This document shows, piece by piece, positions 56,638 through 64,000 of a stretch of 64,000 nt of DNA; the first letter of the stretch is position 1, and every line of letters begins with the position of its first letter. The position numbers were made by a program, and so were the translations under genes. The notes under the pieces were generated by a model. It saw nothing but the letters and a program-made list of their open reading frames with translations. It was not told where the DNA came from and made no database searches. The stretch comes from an uncultured Granulicatella sp. (lineage in GTDB: Bacteria > Bacillota > Bacilli > Lactobacillales > Aerococcaceae): assembly GCF_963516875.1 (NCBI RefSeq), contig NZ_CAUQCL010000008.1, positions 711-64,710 of the forward strand. The letters run 5' to 3'.

Positions 56638-57180
56638 TTACATCTTATCAAGATACTTCTGTATATCCTCATTTGCTAAATGCCCCGGATGTACTTGCAC
56701 TAATTCTCCATTTTGATTAATAAAAACAGATGTTGGATATCCAATGACTCCTACTTGTTTAAAGAAATCTGGAGTTTCTGCCATTAATACAGGTAAATTT
56801 TTATACTCTAATCCTGAAAACCATTCTTTAAAATCTTCAGCTTTTTTCTCACGATTCACACCAGGTGCTACCACGCTTAAAATGACTGTATCCTCTGAAT
56901 GATTGGCTGCCAACTCATCCACTTCAGGTAGTCCTGCTAAACATGTTGGACACCATGAAGCCCAAACTTTGATATACACTTTTTTACCTTTATAATCTGA
57001 TAAATTAACTGTTTTTCCATCAAAAGTTTTAAATGAAGCTTCTAATACTTTTTTTGTAGCACTTTTTTCTTTTGAAACAGTTTCAGTAGAAGGCTTCGTT
57101 GTTTTTGCTTGCTGATTACCCATCGGTTGACAAGCTCCTAATAATAAACTAGCTCCAATACATACATATTTCCATTTCAT
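56638..57180 (-). CDS. TlpA/Etrx-like thioredoxin lipoprotein
   Basis: Lipobox LGAC; WASWCPTC; GYPT. Confidence 0.9.
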   Translation of the reverse strand: MKWKYVCIGASLLLGACQPMGNQQAKTTKPSTETVSKEKSATKKVLEASFKTFDGKTVNLSDYKGKKVYIKVWASWCPTCLAGLPEVDELAANHSEDTVILSVVAPGVNREKKAEDFKEWFSGLEYKNLPVLMAETPDFFKQVGVIGYPTSVFINQNGELVQVHPGHLANEDIQKYLDKM

Positions 57181-57197
57181 TTTTCATTCTCCTATCT

Positions 57198-57890
57198 TTA
57201 TAAAAATAATACTTGTAATTGTTGGATAATAATCCAAACACCCATTGCAATAATAACAATCCCACCAATTTTCTTTAATAAGAATAATTGTTTCTTCGCA
57301 AGATTGAAGGCTTTCATTGCAGCAGTTGAAGCAATCGATAACACTAAAAATGGAATGGATAAGCCTAAAATATACATTCCTAATAAAAACATTCCATAAA
57401 AAACACTCGCTTGTTGAGTTGCGACAATTGTTAAAACAGAACTTAATACAGGTCCTACGCAAGGTGTCCAGCCAAAACTAAAACTCAACCCTAGTAAATA
57501 ACTACTCCATAATGAATGCTCATTTTTTGTCTCAAACTGCACTGTTTTTTGTTTTTGTAAAGTTGTTAATTGAAATACTTCCATTTGATGTAAGCCTAAT
57601 AAAACAATAATCGTTCCTAATACTAAATGGAAATAAGGATTATACAATAATTGACCTAAAAAACTAGCTGCAAATCCTAATACAAAAAATATCGTTGAAA
57701 TTCCTGCTACAAATAGAAAAGTTCGAACAACTGGTAATAGTGCAATTTCAAACTTTCCAATTCTAATACTTCGATTTCCTCTTTCACTCATTAAAACTCC
57801 AAAATAAACTGGAAACAGTGGTAACACACATGGCGAGAAGAATGATAATAATCCCGCAACAAAAATGCTCCCCCATAATAAAATATCCAT
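57198..57890 (-). CDS. ccdA: CcdA thiol-disulfide transporter
   Basis: SFFSPCVLP, GWTPCVGP. Confidence 0.93.
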   Translation of the reverse strand: MDILLWGSIFVAGLLSFFSPCVLPLFPVYFGVLMSERGNRSIRIGKFEIALLPVVRTFLFVAGISTIFFVLGFAASFLGQLLYNPYFHLVLGTIIVLLGLHQMEVFQLTTLQKQKTVQFETKNEHSLWSSYLLGLSFSFGWTPCVGPVLSSVLTIVATQQASVFYGMFLLGMYILGLSIPFLVLSIASTAAMKAFNLAKKQLFLLKKIGGIVIIAMGVWIIIQQLQVLFL

Positions 57891-58008
57891 ATATACACCT
57901 CTTCTTAATAATAGATACCTTCATTATAATCATTTATCCCCAAAGAAAACATAAATATGCTTACACAAAAAAATGAAGTAGAATCTCTACTTCATCTTTC
58001 GATCAATC

Positions 58009-59595
58009 TTAAGCTTCATAAACTTTTTTTCCATTAATATAAGTCGCTACGACCTGTGTTTTTAAAATTTCTTCTGGACTTTCGTCTAAGAAATTTTTCG
58101 ATAAAATAACAAAGTCTGCAAAATTTCCTACTTCTAATGTTCCGATATCTAATCGACTAAGGGATTTTGCTGCTCCATTTGTATGAGCAAATAAAGCTTC
58201 TTGAGCACTAATTCTTTGCTCAGGCATCAATGCTGGATTAGGAAGTCCTTCTATTGTTTGACGAGCTACCGCAAAATACATCGTTTCAAATGGAGTTATA
58301 TTTAGCACTACCGGAGTATCCGTTCCAAATGCTAAAGTTGCTCCATGTTGAATAAAGGATTTGAATAGAAACATTTGTTTTGCACGAATTTCTCCAACTT
58401 CTTCATCTAATGTTTCATACCCCACTAATAAGTGGCTTGGTTGAACTGAAACAATAAGAGATTTTTGAGCTGTCAGCGGCAAGTCCTTTGGATCCATTAC
58501 TTCTAAATGCTCAATCGTATTAAATTTATATGGCTTATCAAAAGGATATTTTTCTTGCGCTTGTTTAAAATTCAATAATGTTAATTCAACTGCTCTATCT
58601 CCAACAGTATGAATACGCATTGGCCAACCTTCTTGATTGGCTAATAAAGTCAATCGTTCCATTTTTTCTTCCGTTAAAAGTGGTCCTCCCACATCTCCTT
58701 CAAAAAATGGCATTGGATATGGTTCCTTTAAGTAAGCTGTATGCGAACTTGTCACTCCATCATAAAACTGTTTCACGCCACCCATTTGCAACATTGGAGA
58801 TTGGTAAGTTTGATAACAACGACGATTTTCTTCCACTTCTTCACGCATCGCTGGGAAAAAGCTTACTCGAACCGTTGCATCATCTTCTACACTAGCATAC
58901 AATTTTGGATAAACAATATCATCAGGGCTTTCTCCTGTTAACGCAACATCGCCAACTGCTGTGATTCCCATCGCATTCAAATGTTTCATATAGTCTAATA
59001 ACGCTACTTTAGACTCAGCTTCATAAATTGCCAGCACTTTGGATAAATAATAAATCGCAATCGCTTCTAAAAAGACTCCTGTTAATTCACCATCTTTTTT
59101 AACAGCTTCTCCACCAATTTCAGAAGGAATGTTTTCACTCGTTAACCCTAATTCTTCTAATGCTTTTGTATTCAACCAAATCGTGTGTGCATCTCCAGCA
59201 ATCAAGCATATTGGAACTTCAGTGGAAGCTTCGTCTAAATCTTCTTTTGTTGGTAACACTTGTTGTCCAAAATCACTTGCATACCAACCAATTCCAATTT
59301 TCCATCCATTATAAACAGGAATTTCTTTTGCTTGGGCAATGACTTCTTCAATCGAAGGAGCTCCGACTGCTTTCATCTTTCCTAAATGAATTAAGCTGGA
59401 TAAATATAAATGGACATGCGCATCAATAAATCCAGGAGTAACCATTTGATTCCCTGTATCAATGATTTCTCCGTCTACTTCTTCATGATAAGGAAGAATA
59501 GCTGCAATCTTCCCATCTTTTATTTCTAATATTCCTTCAATCGTTTCTTTTGAATCTCCAATAAAGAGATGTTTACTTTTAACAAAATAATGCAT
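58009..59595 (-). CDS. YtcJ-like metal-dependent amidohydrolase
   Basis: PGFIDAHVH, KQFYDG, HTVGD, IEH, FGTD. Confidence 0.87.
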   Translation of the reverse strand: MHYFVKSKHLFIGDSKETIEGILEIKDGKIAAILPYHEEVDGEIIDTGNQMVTPGFIDAHVHLYLSSLIHLGKMKAVGAPSIEEVIAQAKEIPVYNGWKIGIGWYASDFGQQVLPTKEDLDEASTEVPICLIAGDAHTIWLNTKALEELGLTSENIPSEIGGEAVKKDGELTGVFLEAIAIYYLSKVLAIYEAESKVALLDYMKHLNAMGITAVGDVALTGESPDDIVYPKLYASVEDDATVRVSFFPAMREEVEENRRCYQTYQSPMLQMGGVKQFYDGVTSSHTAYLKEPYPMPFFEGDVGGPLLTEEKMERLTLLANQEGWPMRIHTVGDRAVELTLLNFKQAQEKYPFDKPYKFNTIEHLEVMDPKDLPLTAQKSLIVSVQPSHLLVGYETLDEEVGEIRAKQMFLFKSFIQHGATLAFGTDTPVVLNITPFETMYFAVARQTIEGLPNPALMPEQRISAQEALFAHTNGAAKSLSRLDIGTLEVGNFADFVILSKNFLDESPEEILKTQVVATYINGKKVYEA

Positions 59596-59596
59596 A

Positions 59597-60685
59597 TTAT
59601 AACTCCATTTTAAAATTTAAAAAGGCATCATTGTAGTTAGAAATCCATTCTGTTCCAAGATATTCATAATGCTCTAAACTTTCAATAACTTCTTGTGATG
59701 GATAAAAAGTCTCATCTGAAACCACTTCTTCATCTAACAACTCTTTGGCAGCTTCATTTGGTGTAGCATAACCTACAAATACTGCATTTCTAGCTGCATT
59801 TTCAGGACGAAGCATAAAGTTAATAAACGCATACGCTCCTTCAATATTTTCCGCATTATATGATAACGCAAAGTTATCCGTCCAAACAGCACTTCCATCT
59901 TGTGGTAAAATATATTTCACCGCTGGATTCGTTTCTGCTACAGCAGCTGCATCTCCTGAATAACCAATTCCAATTGGCGCTTCTTCTAATTTCATCATTG
60001 TTTTAATCTCTTCATTTAACACAGCACGTACATTTGGATTTAATGCTTTAATTTTTAATTCTGCTTCTTTTAATTGCGCTGCATCTTTTGAATTGAGTGA
60101 ATATCCTAATGACTGCAATGCTAATCCCATTGTTTCACGATTTCCATCTAGTAATAAAATTTTATTACGAAATTCGCTATTCCATAAATCATTCCAAGTT
60201 GTAATACTTTCTGGATCGATATATTTTGTATTCACCATAATTCCAACAGTCCCCCAGAAATAAGGAACTGTATATTGATTTCCAGGATCCACTGGGCTAT
60301 TTAATAAAAATGGTGAAATATTTTCTAATCCTTGAATTTTAGAATGATCCAATGGCTGTAATAAATTTTGATTTACTAATTTTGTAATACTCGATTCACT
60401 TGGAAATACGATATCATAACGAGTACCACCTTGTTTTAATTTTGCTTCCATTGCATCATTTGAATCAAATGTTTCATAGATCACTTGAGTATTCGTTTCC
60501 GCTTCAAATTCTTTTATTAATTCTGGATCAATATAATTTCCCCAGTTAAATAAATAGAGTTGCTGTTTTTCACTTGAAGCTGTCTCATCAGCTGCAATTT
60601 CTTTTACTTGAATATATTTTTTCACTCCTAATAGTAATAGGATAACGACAATAATCGATAGGATTAAAGATACTAATTTTTTCAT
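59597..60685 (-). CDS. potD: PotD-like polyamine ABC substrate-binding protein
   Basis: FNWGNYIDP, TFDSND, PYFWGTVG, AYAFINFML; probable start MKKLVS. Confidence 0.85.
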   Translation of the reverse strand: MKKLVSLILSIIVVILLLLGVKKYIQVKEIAADETASSEKQQLYLFNWGNYIDPELIKEFEAETNTQVIYETFDSNDAMEAKLKQGGTRYDIVFPSESSITKLVNQNLLQPLDHSKIQGLENISPFLLNSPVDPGNQYTVPYFWGTVGIMVNTKYIDPESITTWNDLWNSEFRNKILLLDGNRETMGLALQSLGYSLNSKDAAQLKEAELKIKALNPNVRAVLNEEIKTMMKLEEAPIGIGYSGDAAAVAETNPAVKYILPQDGSAVWTDNFALSYNAENIEGAYAFINFMLRPENAARNAVFVGYATPNEAAKELLDEEVVSDETFYPSQEVIESLEHYEYLGTEWISNYNDAFLNFKMEL

Positions 60686-60861
60686 GAAAAACCTCATTTC
60701 TCTCATATTCTGTTACAATAACTTGATAGTAATAAAATATCGCTTTCACGTCAACTAGTACGGTATAAAAATATAAAAACATCCATTTAAACAGAAGTCT
60801 TACTTAAACGGATGCTCATTGTTGAATATTTTAGTTAAAAAAATTGTCACATTCAACTAAT

Positions 60862-61391
60862 CTACCCCTTAAAACCTCCTTGTTTTGTTTCAATAATTTT
60901 CATGGCTGAGCGTATAATATGAAACTCATCAATTAACTTTCCAATTAACTCATAGTTCCGTTGAGATAACTTACCCGATAAGATTTTATGAGAATATTGA
61001 TGAAAAGACTCTAGATTTCTTTAATACTCATTAACATCTCCTTTGCATCTTTATGGCGATATTTGTGAGAAAGATGTGCTAGTTCTTCAGTAAATAACGC
61101 AATATTATTTTCATGAATTGTTATTTTCTTACCTTCATCTACAATATCATTCGCTTCATAACAAGTTAAAAATTTTTGTTCAATGGTATTACAAATAAAT
61201 ACGACACCTAATTGTGAAATATATTTTTTCTCTTCTGGATGCTGTTCTTCATTTTTATTATACTCTACTAAACTTCCAATTTGTCTACTCACCCATTTTG
61301 GAAGTTATTCATTGCTTACTTCAAAACTCTCCTGTGCTCTTTGAGCAAAATGATCTGTCCATGTATAATTCGGTCCAAATGAAAGGCCCAT
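60862..61391 (-). pseudogene. Disrupted hypothetical gene (nonsense plus frameshift)
   Basis: AAAGGAG RBS, MGLSFGPNYTWTDHFAQRAQESFEVSNE-TAA-LPKWVSRQ..., in frame with the 61011-61292 ORF; a shifted frame continues to a stop at 60862. Confidence 0.6.
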
Positions 61392-61654
61392 AACATTACT
61401 CCTTTACATCCATAAATTTCATGTCACGAGAACTTATTCCCTTACATTATTTCTCCTAACTCTTATTCCCCCCTATATATTTCTATTCAGCAAACTTTCC
61501 TCCTCTCATCTCCCATCAATCATTTTGATTAGAAAAAACATTTGTGAATAAATTCTCAATTAGTTTTATCAATACTCTTTCTGATTTTCAATAGAGAATT
61601 CAAAATAAAACAAAAACTCTCACTTGCCAGGTAAACAAGTGAGAGATAGGATGG

Positions 61655-63346
61655 CTACATTTCGTCTGGAGATTCTACTCCTAAAATTGCAAGACCTTGT
61701 TTTAAGATAACAGCTGTTGCTTCCACTAATGCTAAACGAGCATTTAGCCCTTCATCTTCTTGTAAGATACGGCTGTTTGCATAATATTTATTGAAGGCTT
61801 GCGCTAGAGAAATTACATATTTAGAAATCACAGAAGGTTCAAATTTGCTTTCTGCATATTTCACAATATTTGGATAATTTTCAATTTGTTTTAATACTTC
61901 CCATGCATAGTCATCTTCTAATTCTAATGCTTGAGATAAATCAACTGAAACTCCTGCTTTTCTTAAAATACTCATTGCACGAGCACGAGTATATTGAACA
62001 TAAGGTCCAGTTTCTCCTTCAAATTGAACAACTTCTTCTAAATTGAAGTCGAAACTATTTGTACGATCATTTTTCAAATCGTGGAAGATTACCGCACCGA
62101 CCCCAACTTGTTTTGCAACTTGTTCTTTGTTAGGTAAGTTTGGATTTTTAGCTTCAATTTGTTTTAAAGCTAATTCTACAGCTTCGCTTAATACTTCTTC
62201 TAATAAGACAATTTTACCTTTACGTGTTGATAATTTTTTACCACCTAAAGTAATTAAACCAAATCCGATATGGATCATATTTTCTTGCCAATCACGACCC
62301 ATTTCATTTAATACAGCTTTTAATTGTTTGAAGTGGTGTGCTTGTTCATTCCCTACAACATAAATGTTTTTAGCGAAATCATAAGTTGCTTTACGGTAAT
62401 GTGCTGCTGCTAAGTCACGAGTCATATATAATGTAGCACCATCTGATTTTTTAATTAATGCAGGTGGTAAATCATATTTATCTAAGTGAACAACAGTTGC
62501 TCCACGGTCAATTGTAGTAATTCCATTTTTTTCTAAATATTCTACAATTGGATCCATTTTATCATTATAGAAAGCTTCACCATTATAAGAATCAAATGTA
62601 ATCCCTAATACATCATAAATACGGTTGAATTCTTTTAAGGATTCAGATTTAAACCAATTCCATAATTCTTCGGCTTCAGCATCGCCATCTTCTAATTTTT
62701 TAAACCACGCACGTCCTTCATCTTCTAAAGTACTATCGTTTTCTGCTTCATCATGGAATTTAACGTATAAACGTAATAATTCTGCGATTGGTTCATTTTC
62801 AACGGCTTCTTTTGTTCCCCATTTTTTATAAGCAACGATTAATTTACCGAATTGTGTTCCCCAGTCTCCTAAATGGTTCACTTTAATTGGGTTATAGCCA
62901 ACTTTTTTCTCTAAGTTAACGATAGCATTCCCGATTACTGTTGAACGTAAGTGTCCCATTGACATTGGTTTTGCAATATTTGGACTTGACATGTCAACTA
63001 TAACATTACGTCCTTGACCAAAATCAAAGTTACCATATTCTTCTCTTTGTTCTAAAACAGTGTGTAATGTTTCATCTGCAAATTTACCTTTTGAAAGGAA
63101 GAAGTTTGCATAAGGTCCCATTGCTACTGCTTGACTAATATGTTCATCTGCAACTGCTTCAACGATTTCTTGTGCAATGGCTTGAGGTGCTTTACGCAAT
63201 ACTTTTGCAAGTGAAAATGCTGGGAAAGCTAAATCTCCTTGTTCTGCATATTTTGGAACTTCAATCATTTTATAAATTTCTTCAAACGATAAATGTTCGC
63301 TAATTGTTTTATGAATTTGTTCTGCGACCATTTTTTTGTAATCCAT
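61655..63346 (-). CDS. argS: Arginine--tRNA ligase
   Basis: SSPNIAKPMSMGHLRS, NHLGDWGTQFG, KKLSTRKG; start MDYKK after AAGGAG. Confidence 0.96.
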   Translation of the reverse strand: MDYKKMVAEQIHKTISEHLSFEEIYKMIEVPKYAEQGDLAFPAFSLAKVLRKAPQAIAQEIVEAVADEHISQAVAMGPYANFFLSKGKFADETLHTVLEQREEYGNFDFGQGRNVIVDMSSPNIAKPMSMGHLRSTVIGNAIVNLEKKVGYNPIKVNHLGDWGTQFGKLIVAYKKWGTKEAVENEPIAELLRLYVKFHDEAENDSTLEDEGRAWFKKLEDGDAEAEELWNWFKSESLKEFNRIYDVLGITFDSYNGEAFYNDKMDPIVEYLEKNGITTIDRGATVVHLDKYDLPPALIKKSDGATLYMTRDLAAAHYRKATYDFAKNIYVVGNEQAHHFKQLKAVLNEMGRDWQENMIHIGFGLITLGGKKLSTRKGKIVLLEEVLSEAVELALKQIEAKNPNLPNKEQVAKQVGVGAVIFHDLKNDRTNSFDFNLEEVVQFEGETGPYVQYTRARAMSILRKAGVSVDLSQALELEDDYAWEVLKQIENYPNIVKYAESKFEPSVISKYVISLAQAFNKYYANSRILQEDEGLNARLALVEATAVILKQGLAILGVESPDEM

Positions 63347-63371
63347 TTTGACACTCCTTTTGTTTGTATAA

Positions 63372-63605
63372 ATAAAAAAGACCCTAATCAAGCAACCTTG
63401 ACTAGAGACGAGATAACCCGTGGTACCACTCTTATTGTTTAAAATATTAAACCACTTTAAACTTTTTTAACGGTAAGCGACCGGATTACTCTACTATCTT
63501 CGAATAATCATTTCCAAAGTGCGTTTCATTTACTTCATCATGACTGGCTTCCACCACCCCAGCTCGCTAAAACAGATATCCATAAACTACTCTCTTCTTC
63601 ATAAA
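63372..63605 (-). promoter_or_regulatory. T-box riboswitch (Arg, CGC specifier)
   Basis: Minus strand AGAGTGGTACCACG; GAAA-CGC-A specifier; terminator. Confidence 0.85.
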
Positions 63606-63691
63606 TGTTTATTATTTATACGACGATTATAACAAGCGACAGAAAATTTGTCTAGTAATTTTATAAGAAACTTTATAACCCCAAAAAGAAA

Positions 63692-63970
63692 AGACTTTAC
63701 ATAGTACAGGAAAAATTGAGACCTTAGGCTCAATTTTTAGGCATGAAACAGCAAAGCTGTTTGCTGCCGTCCCCTATTCAAAGAATAAATTATTAACGTA
63801 CCCTCATAAATAACCGTTCAATAAGAAAAGACTTTGCATAGTAGCATGAGTAATATAATCTGCAAAGTCAGATTATATTACAGGAAATTTCGAGACCAAG
63901 GCTCGAAATTTAGCAATGAGACAGCCATAGCTGGCTGCTTGCGTCCTTCTGCTACTATAAAGCAAAGTCT
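63692..63970 (+). repeat. Two multi-hairpin element copies (first partial)
   Basis: 63692-63775 and 63829-63970; the second shares arms and hairpin 1 with the 14055 copy. Confidence 0.88.
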
Positions 63971-64000
63971 AATTCGAAATCATTAGTTGCGGAAAATCTT

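Overview
Low-GC (AT-rich) Firmicutes chromosome segment. It looks like a Lactobacillales/Carnobacteriaceae organism, most plausibly Granulicatella, but that is an inference from protein style, not a database result. Most genes run on the minus strand. Housekeeping genes: rpmE2, tsaB-rimI-tsaD, proS, secG-est-rnr-smpB, rpoBC, guaB, argS. Nutrient and stress loci: sucrose PTS, two Met T-box-controlled MetNIQ transporters, a preQ1-riboswitch queF-queC-queT operon, dps, ccdA-tlpA-msrAB, tehB. Accessory genes: the 5' part of a large YSIRK surface protein, a frameshifted IS200 tnpA, a histidine-triad lipoprotein with a PhtE-like C-terminal half, a Fic protein and an orphan dltC. The most striking unexplained feature is a family of about 20 intergenic 130-160 bp multi-hairpin elements. 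Their copies show repeated compensatory base changes, variable but always complementary outer arms, loss of whole modules, and a consistent reverse-then-forward arrangement in mixed clusters. Some copies bracket accessory genes. No rRNA, tRNA or CRISPR array was seen.
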